This document shows, one piece after another, positions 51,397 to 60,531 of a stretch of 60,531 nt of DNA. The position numbers and the translations under genes are program-made. A model generated the notes under the pieces. It saw only the letters and a program-made list of their open reading frames with translations. It was not told where the DNA came from and made no database searches. The stretch is from NCBI GenBank assembly GCA_023269915.1, contig JAGDWZ010000066.1:2435-62965 (forward strand), written 5' to 3'. The DNA comes from Hydrogenobaculum sp. Lineage in GTDB: Bacteria; Aquificota; Aquificia; Aquificales; Aquificaceae. Each line of letters starts with the position of its first letter. The first letter of the stretch is position 1.

Positions 51397-52550
51397 TAAA
51401 TCATATTCCTTTGATAATAGGCATGCTTGTAGCTATTATAAGCCCTATTATATCCTATTATGTAAAAATTCCATTGGTTCTAATAGAGTTTATCATAGGA
51501 ATTTTGTTTGGTGTGCTTTTCGAGAAAGATGTTATAAACGCCAATTCGGTGGCTTTCTTATCTTACATAGGATTTCTTATATTGATGTTTTTGGCTGGAT
51601 TTGAGGTAGATTTTGACTTTATAGAAGATCTTAAGATAAGAGAGATTTTATTTATTTTTTTGTATGCTGTTATGCTGATTCCCTTTGCATTTTTAAGTAC
51701 CAGCTCTTTTGGATTAGGGTTCCATTATATGATAGTAACACCGCTTATCTCTGTGGGACTTGGACTACCTATACTAAAAGAGTCTAAGATAGCCCAAACA
51801 GAATTAGGTCAAAAGCTTTTAATACTAGGAAGCATAGGAGAGATAACCAGTATATTTTATATAAGTTTTGTAAACGCATTTTTAAAGTTTGGGTTTAGTA
51901 GAGCTGCTATTAAAACTGGTATCACATATATAATCCTGGTATTAGCAATATTCTTTGCAAAAACTATCAAAACAAAAATAAAAAAATATAGAAGCGTTGT
52001 TAAAAACATATCGCTAGAAAACACACATATATTTATCAGATTAGCGTTGTTTACAACGTTTATATCAGCCTCTTTGTTTGAATTGATAGGTATGGAACCA
52101 ATACTAGGTTCTATGCTTAGTGGTATGGCGCTTGGATATGTAATAAGAAAAAAAGGAGTTATAAATAAAAGTTTTTACGATATGGCTTTTGGTTTTTTTG
52201 TACCGTTATTTTTCGTATATACAGGTTTTAGTCTAAACATAGCCAGTGTTAGCAAAAATATTATAATAAGCGGCGTGATGATAGGAGTTATCTTGCTTAT
52301 TGCTAGATTTGGTATCTCTTTTATATTGCTTTTTGCTGGTTTTAAAATAACAGAGCTTCCCATAGCAAGCGTATTTATAAGTTTTCCTTTCACACTATTA
52401 ATAGCATCTATAAAAATATTATCAGATACGAAATATATAACACCAGAACAAGGTGTAGTTATACTCATAGGTGCTTTGTTTACTTCTTTGTTTTATCCGA
52501 TAGTTTTTAAATTCATATCTAGATTATATGTAAAAGATGAAGATATTTGA
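51393..52550 (+). CDS. Cation:proton antiporter
   Basis: Multi-TM; LMFLAGFEVD and GFFVPLFFV motifs. Confidence 0.85.
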   Translation: MINHIPLIIGMLVAIISPIISYYVKIPLVLIEFIIGILFGVLFEKDVINANSVAFLSYIGFLILMFLAGFEVDFDFIEDLKIREILFIFLYAVMLIPFAFLSTSSFGLGFHYMIVTPLISVGLGLPILKESKIAQTELGQKLLILGSIGEITSIFYISFVNAFLKFGFSRAAIKTGITYIILVLAIFFAKTIKTKIKKYRSVVKNISLENTHIFIRLALFTTFISASLFELIGMEPILGSMLSGMALGYVIRKKGVINKSFYDMAFGFFVPLFFVYTGFSLNIASVSKNIIISGVMIGVILLIARFGISFILLFAGFKITELPIASVFISFPFTLLIASIKILSDTKYITPEQGVVILIGALFTSLFYPIVFKFISRLYVKDEDI

Positions 52551-52797
52551 AGGTCTAATTATAGGATTTGCAATGGGAATAGTATACTTTAGCGTATTAA
52601 AAATAAGAACAAAATTTGTATTTGGTAAAAAATATCTTTACTATATAGGATGGATAATTTCTTTAATAATCTTTTCTTCAACGTTCTTATACTTAAACAG
52701 ATTTATAGCTTTTGATATGATATCTTTTCTCATAGGTATACTCATAGCTCAAATATCAGTTGTAAGCTTTTATTTTCTTAAAAGCCAAAAACAATAG
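52537..52797 (+). CDS. Small three-TM membrane protein
   Basis: 86-aa hydrophobic ORF overlapping the antiporter stop. Confidence 0.6.
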   Translation: MKIFEGLIIGFAMGIVYFSVLKIRTKFVFGKKYLYYIGWIISLIIFSSTFLYLNRFIAFDMISFLIGILIAQISVVSFYFLKSQKQ

Positions 52798-52801
52798 TGC
52801 A

Positions 52802-53941
52802 TTAAATGGACCAATAGTTTTTAACAAAAAGAGCTTCTAAAACAAAGTTTGCAAAGAAAAAAAGAGGTGCTATCACGCCGTTTAACCAAGGATAATCTTC
52901 TAATAAATCGGCAAGCGCAATAAATATAGGCACGCTTATATAAGATAACCTTGCAAAAGCACTCGTATTTATGAAAATACCACCAAGAGCCCACAAGTAT
53001 TCAAGTAATATAAGAACCGAAAACAAAGTATAATGAATTGGCAACCTGTCAATAGCCAAAACTATTATAACTACATAAAATATCATCACCAGTAGGTTAA
53101 TAAAGTGGTCAAACTCGTACACCCCAAGAGGTGTCGATATAGGATGAGATGGTATATCGTGAGGTATAAGCATTAGAATATTTGATATTCGTTTTAAAAG
53201 AGTAGGCCTTCCCCACCAATCTTGAGCGTGTATAAAAGCTATAGGATCTTTAAATTTGTAAAAGCTATACAAAACAAAAGCAACAAATCCCCAAATAGAT
53301 AGCATAGTATAAGGAATGGCTTTTATAAAATCTGCTGTTTTTTTGTTTTTAACAATATCAAAAAATACCACTACAGATAAGAATACCGCCAACGGCCCAA
53401 ACAAAGTACCAAGACCTGCCAAAAAACTAGCCAAAAGATATTGATTCTTTCTAAGAAAATAGAACACGCTTATAGCAAAAAAGTTTAGAGCGGATACAGG
53501 GTAAGCAGACATACCAAAAAAAGAAGAAGGATAAAAAGCAAACAAAAGAATAACCATGTATATAGTGGACTCTTTCTTGTTTAAATCCTTCAAAAGTAAG
53601 TATAGCATGTAAATAGATGCGCCCTGGAAAACAAGCGCAGGTAATATATATAAAAACGATATATCTTTATTGGTAAGTGAGTGTATAAATTTCATTATAA
53701 TAGGATAACCTGGAAAAAAAGCTATTGTAGGGATATGCACAGTGGAGTTTCTATATCCATAGACTGCTATATGAGTATACCAAACTGCATCCCAATGCAT
53801 AAAATGATTAAAAAAAGAAGGTTCGTATTTGAAATGAACAGGATAAGGCCTTCCATAGTGTGGTTTTAAAAGATTTACAGAAAACCACGCCACCATGAGG
53901 GTCCAAAAAAACCACGATACAAAAAAAACAAAGACTTGCAT
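52802..53941 (-). CDS. GT-C mannosyltransferase family protein (PIG-V-like)
   Basis: HWDAVWY...GY, AFFPGYP, PSSFF, AQDWW and ARLSY motifs; multi-TM. Confidence 0.8.
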   Translation of the reverse strand: MQVFVFFVSWFFWTLMVAWFSVNLLKPHYGRPYPVHFKYEPSFFNHFMHWDAVWYTHIAVYGYRNSTVHIPTIAFFPGYPIIMKFIHSLTNKDISFLYILPALVFQGASIYMLYLLLKDLNKKESTIYMVILLFAFYPSSFFGMSAYPVSALNFFAISVFYFLRKNQYLLASFLAGLGTLFGPLAVFLSVVVFFDIVKNKKTADFIKAIPYTMLSIWGFVAFVLYSFYKFKDPIAFIHAQDWWGRPTLLKRISNILMLIPHDIPSHPISTPLGVYEFDHFINLLVMIFYVVIIVLAIDRLPIHYTLFSVLILLEYLWALGGIFINTSAFARLSYISVPIFIALADLLEDYPWLNGVIAPLFFFANFVLEALFVKNYWSI

Positions 53942-54051
53942 TAGGGTTTATTTTCTAGAGCTTGCTCTTCTTGACATTCTTCTTTATCTTCGCAAGAGCA
54001 TTCCGTATTATCTTCTTCCCAATGGGTGCAATCTACATCTTCTTCAAACAT
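53941..54051 (-). CDS. Small acidic Cys-rich protein (36 aa), below the ORF-track cutoff
   Basis: MFEEDVDCTHWEEDNTECSCEDKEECQEEQALENKP; AAGGA SD; start overlaps the upstream gene's end and the stop overlaps the downstream ATG (TAATG). Confidence 0.7.
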   Translation of the reverse strand: MFEEDVDCTHWEEDNTECSCEDKEECQEEQALENKP

Positions 54052-55399
54052 CTACAACTTCCTTTCTTGAGGGAATGTAAACATTTTTGCCTCCAAGCTT
54101 CTCTTTTAGCACAAGCATCTTATCCTCTTCACCGTGTATTAGGCATATCTTTTGTGGATTGGCAGCGTTTATCCATTCTATAAGCTCTTGTTGATCTGCA
54201 TGAGAAGAAAAACCATTTACCGTATAAATTTTTGCTTTTACATTTATAGGCTCGCCCATCACAAAAACTGGATTTTGCTTTTCCAATATCCTCCTTCCAA
54301 GAGTCCCATGTGGTTGATATCCCACAAACACTATGGCGTTTTGTTCTTTATAAGCATGATGCCTTATATGATGCAATATCCTGCCACCGGTTAACATACC
54401 ACTGCCAGCTATTATGATAGCACCTTCTTGTATATCGTTTATTTGTTTAGATTCTTCTATATCTCTTACCATAGTAAGATATGGCAAATTAAAAGGGTCT
54501 TCTTTCTGCATAATTTCATAGGTCTCTTTTCTAAAGTACTCTTGATTTCTTAAAAATACTTTTGTTACACCTATAGCTAGTGGTGAGTCTAAAAATATTT
54601 TACATTTAGGTAAAGAACCTTCTTCATAAAACTCTCTTAAAACATATAAAATATCCTGGGTTCTTTCAAGGGCGTAACTTGGTATAAGAACATTGCCATG
54701 TTTGATAGTATCCTTTATAATGCTTTTAAGCTCTTCTTTAGACTCTTCAAAGCTCTTGTGAAGCCTATCTCCATATGTGCTTTCTACATAAACTACATCG
54801 GCCTTTGACGGAAGCGAGAAGTCCCTAACTATAGGCTTGCCTTTATTTCCCAAATCTCCTGAAAATATTATTTTTCTATCTTTATATTCTATTTCGTAAA
54901 AACACGAGCCTAAAATATGCCCCGCATCTTTAGGAGTTACTTTTAAATCAAAAAGTTGGTAACTTTTATCGTAAGAAAATATAGGCTCAAAGTGTTCCAT
55001 AGCTTCAAAGACATCATCTTCATCATACAATGGTTCCAAAGGCATCTCTTTTAAAGCACCTCTTTGAAACCTTTTCATGTGGGATTTGTAGTTTTCTAAC
55101 ATCACTTTAGCGGTATCCAAAAGCATCAGTCTTGAAAGTTCATAGGTAGGCCTTGTGCAGTATATTTTACCTCTAAAACCATTTTTTACAAGCATTGGTA
55201 TGCGACCGCAATGGTCTATATGAGCGTGTGTTAAAAGGACGGCATCCACTTCTTTTGGATCAAAGCCAAGCTCTTCCGATTTCTCTTCGTCCACCCCTTG
55301 GAAAAGACCACAATCTACTAGTATTTTCTTGTCCTCTAACAAAAGCATGTGAGCGCTACCAGTAACCGTTTTGGCAGCACCGTAAGAGATGACTTTCAT
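54044..55399 (-). CDS. MBL-fold beta-CASP ribonuclease
   Basis: THAHIDH, AGHILG, SGD, ESTYG and FSSHAD motifs. Confidence 0.92.
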   Translation of the reverse strand: MKVISYGAAKTVTGSAHMLLLEDKKILVDCGLFQGVDEEKSEELGFDPKEVDAVLLTHAHIDHCGRIPMLVKNGFRGKIYCTRPTYELSRLMLLDTAKVMLENYKSHMKRFQRGALKEMPLEPLYDEDDVFEAMEHFEPIFSYDKSYQLFDLKVTPKDAGHILGSCFYEIEYKDRKIIFSGDLGNKGKPIVRDFSLPSKADVVYVESTYGDRLHKSFEESKEELKSIIKDTIKHGNVLIPSYALERTQDILYVLREFYEEGSLPKCKIFLDSPLAIGVTKVFLRNQEYFRKETYEIMQKEDPFNLPYLTMVRDIEESKQINDIQEGAIIIAGSGMLTGGRILHHIRHHAYKEQNAIVFVGYQPHGTLGRRILEKQNPVFVMGEPINVKAKIYTVNGFSSHADQQELIEWINAANPQKICLIHGEEDKMLVLKEKLGGKNVYIPSRKEVVDV

Positions 55400-56643
55400 A
55401 CGCTCTCCTTAGGCTTCATCGTAAGTTCCACGTAGATATCTCTTTTAAAATAATTATCCAATAGCCTTAAAATATCGTTTTTATCCACATTGTCTATATT
55501 GCTTTTAAAATACTTAAAATAGCTTATATCTTTTACTACCGCAGAAGAAAATCCCATCAAATCAGCTTCTGACTCAGGATTTTCCAACACAAAGTCCTCT
55601 TGATTCAATATTTTTTCTTTGGCTTTTCGTATATCTTCGTCTTTTAAGTGAGATATTTTTTCTAAAAGCTCGAAAACCTTGTTTTTAAATAAATTTACTT
55701 TACCGTAATCTGTTATAGCGAAAATTGTATAGTTGTTGTCTTGCTTATGAGCACCGTCTTGACAAGAGTAAGAATAAACTATGCCTTTTTCTTTCACCTC
55801 ATTATGCATAAGAGAAGTTCTGCCACCAGATAAAATTTGATCGAAGACTACAAAAGGATAATACATTTTCTCGCCTATGTTTGGAGCATCCCATCCTATA
55901 GCATAATAGGTTCTGTCTATCATTGGGTCCTCTAAGAGTTCTTGACGAGGAAACCTCTTGGGTGGTTCTGGTACGTATATAGACGGCCTTATGTTGTTTT
56001 CAGGTTTTTGAGAAAACATATCATATATGAAATTTATATCTTCGTCAGAAATATTGCCAGAAACACTTACAGTCATATTTAAAGGTTGATAGTAAGAATT
56101 GTAAAAGTTTTCAAGCATTTCTTTTGTAAAGTTAGATATAGTATCTTCATAACCTATTATAGGGTACATATAATTTGATACTTTATAAAAAAGCCTATCA
56201 AAACGTTCAAAAAACCTAGTAATAGGACTATCCAAGCCTCTTCTAAGCTCTTCTATTACGATAGGCTTTTCTTTTTCTATCATATCTTCGTCAAGCTTTG
56301 CCCTAAGAGTAAGACTTTCAAGAATATCCACAGCTTGTTTTAAATAGTTAGAAGAAATATTTATATAATAATAGGTAAAATCTTTGGAAGTAGCAGCGTT
56401 TATTTGACCACCCAAACCTTCTACCAAGACGTCCAACTCTCCATATTCGTATCGTTCTGAACCATTAAACAACATATGCTCTAAAAAATGAGCCATCCCC
56501 TTCTCTTTATAGTCTTCGTAGCTTGAACCTACGCTAAACCAAACCTGAATAGATACGGATTCTACGTCTTTCCTTTTTTTTATAAAAACTTTAGCACCAT
56601 TTAAAAGCTTATGCTCTACTATATCAGCTATGTATTTCTTCAT
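55396..56643 (-). CDS. M16 family zinc peptidase
   Basis: Inverted zinc motif HxxEH (HFLEH); NAATS. Confidence 0.92.
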   Translation of the reverse strand: MKKYIADIVEHKLLNGAKVFIKKRKDVESVSIQVWFSVGSSYEDYKEKGMAHFLEHMLFNGSERYEYGELDVLVEGLGGQINAATSKDFTYYYINISSNYLKQAVDILESLTLRAKLDEDMIEKEKPIVIEELRRGLDSPITRFFERFDRLFYKVSNYMYPIIGYEDTISNFTKEMLENFYNSYYQPLNMTVSVSGNISDEDINFIYDMFSQKPENNIRPSIYVPEPPKRFPRQELLEDPMIDRTYYAIGWDAPNIGEKMYYPFVVFDQILSGGRTSLMHNEVKEKGIVYSYSCQDGAHKQDNNYTIFAITDYGKVNLFKNKVFELLEKISHLKDEDIRKAKEKILNQEDFVLENPESEADLMGFSSAVVKDISYFKYFKSNIDNVDKNDILRLLDNYFKRDIYVELTMKPKESV

Positions 56644-56851
56644 TCTCTTCTATTATGCGTATTTCTACATCATTATCCGCCAACCTATTAATAGCATAAA
56701 AAGTCTTCTTTATCAACTCTCTCCTACCTCTTATAAAAGAGCTATCATCATCTTGCATCAATTTTTCTGTGTACTTCACGGCAGCGTGGACAAGTTCATA
56801 TTTGTTGCTAACTTTTTTAAGAGCTTCATAAATATTAGGTCTCAAAGACAT
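56624..56851 (-). CDS. rpoZ: RNA polymerase omega subunit
   Basis: ALKKVSNKYELVHAA; follows gmk. Confidence 0.85.
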   Translation of the reverse strand: MSLRPNIYEALKKVSNKYELVHAAVKYTEKLMQDDDSSFIRGRRELIKKTFYAINRLADNDVEIRIIEENEEIHS

Positions 56852-57476
56852 CGCATTTACCTCCTTCTAAAATATTTATTATATCATCTTCTACATAATT
56901 CTTATGCTCTAAAAAATATTCTCTTCTAGCTTTATTGCAAAATATAATAGATTTAATCATGTTGACTGTTTCATCCACATATCTATTCACCACTATAAAA
57001 TCAAAGTACTTAGCACAAGCTATCTCTTTTTTAGCTGACTCAAGCCTTTCCACAACATTCTTGTCTTCAAAACCCCTATTTTTAAATCTAGCATAAAGCT
57101 CTTCTAGAGAAGGTGGCATCAAAAATATCAAAAGAGCATACGAAAAAATATTCTTTATGCTTTTGGCTCCTTGTATATCTATTACTAACAAAGCATCAAA
57201 GCCTTCTTCTAAAATAGCTTTTATGTCTCTAATAGGCGTACCGTAATAATTTCCGTATACATTGGCGTATTCAACAAATTCATTGTTTTGTATCATATGT
57301 TCAAACTCTTCTTTAGATACAAAGTTGTAATCTATACCTTCTTTTTCATTTGGTCTTTTTGGTCTAGTGGTAGTAGTTACAACCCTTTTTAGATTTTTAA
57401 TCTCTTCTAAAAGCTTCAAGGCTATAGTGGTCTTTCCAGCTCCAGAAGGCGCAGATAATACTATTATATTACCCAT
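56835..57476 (-). CDS. gmk: Guanylate kinase
   Basis: APSGAGKT, TTRPKR, YYGT and DIQGA motifs. Confidence 0.96.
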   Translation of the reverse strand: MGNIIVLSAPSGAGKTTIALKLLEEIKNLKRVVTTTTRPKRPNEKEGIDYNFVSKEEFEHMIQNNEFVEYANVYGNYYGTPIRDIKAILEEGFDALLVIDIQGAKSIKNIFSYALLIFLMPPSLEELYARFKNRGFEDKNVVERLESAKKEIACAKYFDFIVVNRYVDETVNMIKSIIFCNKARREYFLEHKNYVEDDIINILEGGKCDVFET

Positions 57477-58866
57477 GGAACATATCTTTTAATATTATAT
57501 CAAATAAAACATTTGGAAATACACCAAAGAAAAATACGCTTATCAGAAATACGCTTACACCTATGGTATCAAATAGACTAAGAGGCAAAGATTGATCTTC
57601 TTCTGTTACAGGTTCTTTGAAAAACATATACACTATCAGTTTTAAATAATAGCCAGCAGCTATTATACTACCAATTATGAAAAGTATTGCAAAAAACCAA
57701 GCATTTGAGTTTACAAGCCCCAAAAATATACCAAGCTTACCTACAAAAGTTGCAAAAGGTGGTATACCTATTAGAGCAAACAAAAATAGTCCTAAAGCAG
57801 TAGCCAAAAACGGGTTTTTCTTATAAAGAGCTTTATAGTTGTTCATATCGTGGGTCCAGTTTTCATTTTTTTCCAATATAGAAAGCACTAAGAAAGCACC
57901 AGCGGTAGCAAAAGCATAAACTATTACATAAAACATAGTAGAACTAACAGACAACACATTGTATTTAGAAAAACCTATTAAAAAATATCCAGCATGCCCT
58001 ATAGAAGAGTAAGCTAGCATCCTTTTGGCAGAATTTTGAGCATAAGCCACCAAATTTCCCCAAAACATGGATAAAACACCTACTATACCTACTATATAAC
58101 TAAAGTTGTTTATTATGGGGAATACATAGCTTGCAAGCAAAAATATTACAGCGTAAAAACCTATCTTTGGCACCGTGGATATAAAAGCAGTAGTAGAAGT
58201 TGGAGCACCTTCATATGCATCAGGCGTCCAAAAATGAAAAGGAGCCGCTGATACCTTTAAAGCAAAAGCTACAAATAAAAACAAAGAAGCCAAGGCAAAA
58301 GCTGTGTTATGATTAACAGACACGCTTATGATATCTAAATGAGAGGTAGCACCTATATAAAATGCACTTCCAAGACCAAAAAAGGCAGTAGCCATACTAC
58401 CAAGCACTAAGTATTTAAAAGAAGCTTCTTTCGATACGTAATCATCTTTTAACATACCAACTGCTATATACATAGAAATAGAAGCAAGCTCCAAACCAGA
58501 AAGTATGACTACCAAATTCTTCGAAGAAATCATTATGGAAAGCCCAAGGGCTATAAGAAGAAAGGTATACACGTTTTCTAGAAACGTTTTCTTGCTTTTA
58601 AAAAAGCTTACAGACGTAAATATTACAAAAGCACTCAATATATATATGATACCTTTTAAAAGCAGAGAAAATGCGCTTATATCAAGCAACCATTTGCTAA
58701 AAGTATAACCTTCTAAAGAGTATTTTATTGCAAGAAATCCACTTACAAGGCTTATAAGAAAGCCCAAAAATCCTATGAGGTCAAAGCTTGGAAGCACAAG
58801 CTCTATCAAAATAAGAGCAATTATCCCTACTATCACTATGATATCTGGATATAAGGCTTTCATCAA
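57469..58866 (-). CDS. nuoN: NADH-quinone oxidoreductase subunit N
   Basis: EASFKY, KVSAAPFHFWTPDAYEGAP and KRMLAYSSIGH motifs. Confidence 0.93.
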   Translation of the reverse strand: MMKALYPDIIVIVGIIALILIELVLPSFDLIGFLGFLISLVSGFLAIKYSLEGYTFSKWLLDISAFSLLLKGIIYILSAFVIFTSVSFFKSKKTFLENVYTFLLIALGLSIMISSKNLVVILSGLELASISMYIAVGMLKDDYVSKEASFKYLVLGSMATAFFGLGSAFYIGATSHLDIISVSVNHNTAFALASLFLFVAFALKVSAAPFHFWTPDAYEGAPTSTTAFISTVPKIGFYAVIFLLASYVFPIINNFSYIVGIVGVLSMFWGNLVAYAQNSAKRMLAYSSIGHAGYFLIGFSKYNVLSVSSTMFYVIVYAFATAGAFLVLSILEKNENWTHDMNNYKALYKKNPFLATALGLFLFALIGIPPFATFVGKLGIFLGLVNSNAWFFAILFIIGSIIAAGYYLKLIVYMFFKEPVTEEDQSLPLSLFDTIGVSVFLISVFFFGVFPNVLFDIILKDMFHG

Positions 58867-60341
58867 AAGCTCCCCATTATTATCTTTGATGTTTGAGATA
58901 TTATATTAACAAAATTATAAGGCATTATACCCATTATAAAAGCCCCAAATAGTATAAGGACAAAAGGTATTATGTGGTGTATTTCAAGGTCCATAGTGTG
59001 TTGAAGTTTTTGGATTTTAGACTCAGGCAAAGAAGCCGACTCCAACATAACATTTTTATACATATATAAGAAGTAAGCTGCGCCCAACACCATGCCAACA
59101 CCAGCTACAATAGCCCATATTGGAAAATACTTAAAGGTTCCAAGCAATATTAAAAACTCAGACACGAACCCAGAAAAGCCTGGAAGCCCAATAGATGCTA
59201 AACCACTTATCATAAACAAAATGGCAAAGTTTGGAAGATATTTTGCTATACCGCCCAAATCAGACATCTCATAAGAGTGAAATCTATCGTATATAAAACC
59301 AGCAGCGTAGAAAAGAGCAGCAGAGCTAAGACCGTGAGCTATCATCATATAAGAGGCACCGTTTAGAGCACTAATAGACAAGGCAAAGGTTCCGAGCGTT
59401 ACCATACCCATATGGCTTATAGAAGAGTAAGCAATGAGCTTTTTTATGTTTGTTTGAGATATAGCCATCATGGCAGCGTATATAATAGCTATCACACTAA
59501 GCAAAAACATCACAGGGATAAATATTTTAGAAGCTTGTGGGAAAAGCGGTAAAGAATATCTAACAAAACCAAAAGTACCCATTTTTAGAAGTACCCCAGC
59601 CAAAACCACGGAACCAGCCGTAGGAGCTTCTACGTGAGCATCTGGAAGCCATGTATGAACAGGCCACATAGGAACTTTTACGGCAAAACCTATCCCAAAA
59701 AGCACAAATAAAATAATTTGAAGCCATAAAGGATAGGCTATATGCTTATGAAAATCGTATTCAAAAGATATATGACCACTTATAAAATAACCATACACAA
59801 TCATCGTGGCCAAGCCAAGCAATAAAAACAAGCTACCAAAAAATGTGTATATAAAAAATTTATTGGCAGCATAGACTTTTCTATCGTGTCCCCAAAAACC
59901 TATTATAAAATACATAGGCACAAGCATGCCTTCCCAAAATAGGTAAAACAAGAATAAGTCAAGGGCGGAAAAAGTACCTAAACAAGTGGTCTCAAGTATC
60001 AAAAATAAAGCATAAAATAGATTTGGTTTTTCTTTTACTTTTATAGCCCAGATAAACACTGTAAAAAATATAAGGGCCGTAAGCGTGAACAAAGATACAC
60101 CAAGACCATCTAAACCCACATCATAATTTATACCAAGAGACGATATCCAAGGCACCGTAGTCCTATAAAGAAACTGGTGAGCGTTTGGGTCAAAGTTAAA
60201 CAAAAGTATTAGGCTTATAACAAAAACAACGCCCGATAAAACGATGGATACCACTTTAGTAAGCCACTCATTCCTAAAAAGCGAGACAACAAAAGCGCCT
60301 ACCAAAGGTAAAAATATAGCTATATTAAGAAGACTAGCCAT
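58863..60341 (-). CDS. nuoM: NADH-quinone oxidoreductase subunit M
   Basis: FWE, KVPMWPVHTWLPDAHVEAP, LLKMG and GLPGFSGFVSE motifs; ATG 60341 preferred. Confidence 0.95.
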   Translation of the reverse strand: MASLLNIAIFLPLVGAFVVSLFRNEWLTKVVSIVLSGVVFVISLILLFNFDPNAHQFLYRTTVPWISSLGINYDVGLDGLGVSLFTLTALIFFTVFIWAIKVKEKPNLFYALFLILETTCLGTFSALDLFLFYLFWEGMLVPMYFIIGFWGHDRKVYAANKFFIYTFFGSLFLLLGLATMIVYGYFISGHISFEYDFHKHIAYPLWLQIILFVLFGIGFAVKVPMWPVHTWLPDAHVEAPTAGSVVLAGVLLKMGTFGFVRYSLPLFPQASKIFIPVMFLLSVIAIIYAAMMAISQTNIKKLIAYSSISHMGMVTLGTFALSISALNGASYMMIAHGLSSAALFYAAGFIYDRFHSYEMSDLGGIAKYLPNFAILFMISGLASIGLPGFSGFVSEFLILLGTFKYFPIWAIVAGVGMVLGAAYFLYMYKNVMLESASLPESKIQKLQHTMDLEIHHIIPFVLILFGAFIMGIMPYNFVNIISQTSKIIMGSF

Positions 60342-60531
60342 TTGGGATACCCCCTTCAAAGATTACTAAGATTAAAAGCAAAAATACACAAACTACACCG
60401 TAAAGCATATACAAAGCGTAGTAGTTTAGCTTACCATTCTGCAGTTTACTAACTGGTTTACCATAATTAGAGGTAGCGCTTGCCACCCCATTCACAAACC
60501 CATCTATCAATATACGGTCTACTATCTTGTA
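60334..60531 (-). CDS. nuoL: NADH-quinone oxidoreductase subunit L, C-terminal end (partial)
   Basis: Manual translation: ...VDRILIDGFVNG...LQNGKLNYYALYM...EGGIPNG*; stop overlaps the nuoM 5' end. Confidence 0.9.
   Translation of the reverse strand, partial: YKIVDRILIDGFVNGVASATSNYGKPVSKLQNGKLNYYALYMLYGVVCVFLLLILVIFEGGIPNG

Noticed and set aside
53895-54183. Plus-strand ORFs 53895-54080 and 53962-54183
   Set aside because: They are shadows of minus-strand genes; the 36-aa minus-strand ORF explains the gap better.
755-59274. Numerous 60-146 aa antisense or overlapping ORFs in the track
   Set aside because: They lie within well-supported genes and show no recognisable motifs.
1-60531. CRISPR array, rRNA or prophage
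   Set aside because: No spaced repeats, no long GC-rich structural RNA and no phage genes were seen.

Overview
AT-rich, gene-dense chromosomal window. Its gene content (split carB, DabA CO2 uptake, cbb3 oxidase, rTCA-type biotin carboxylase, stand-alone nuoG) fits an Aquificae chemolithoautotroph, probably Hydrogenobaculum-like; this taxon call is an inference. It holds about 50 mostly housekeeping CDS and one tRNA-Arg(CCT). I saw no CRISPR array, rRNA, transposase or integrase. Signals not explained by the ORF track: (1) an 11-6-11 dif-like site at 22464-22491, next to a gene for an HTH plus coiled-coil protein whose promoter is tiled with TGATA boxes, a candidate terminus-organising locus; (2) a HEPN toxin gene with an amber stop beside an intact MNT antitoxin; (3) an unlisted, translationally coupled 36-aa acidic Cys-rich ORF; (4) a TAnnnT -10 box 6-9 nt before many SD-less start codons, suggesting leaderless mRNAs; (5) a half-length DabB-like partner, a tandem HEPN protein lacking the catalytic motif, and an orphan promoter with a small ORF between hemB and an RND pump. 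All calls come from reading motifs by eye; no searches were run.
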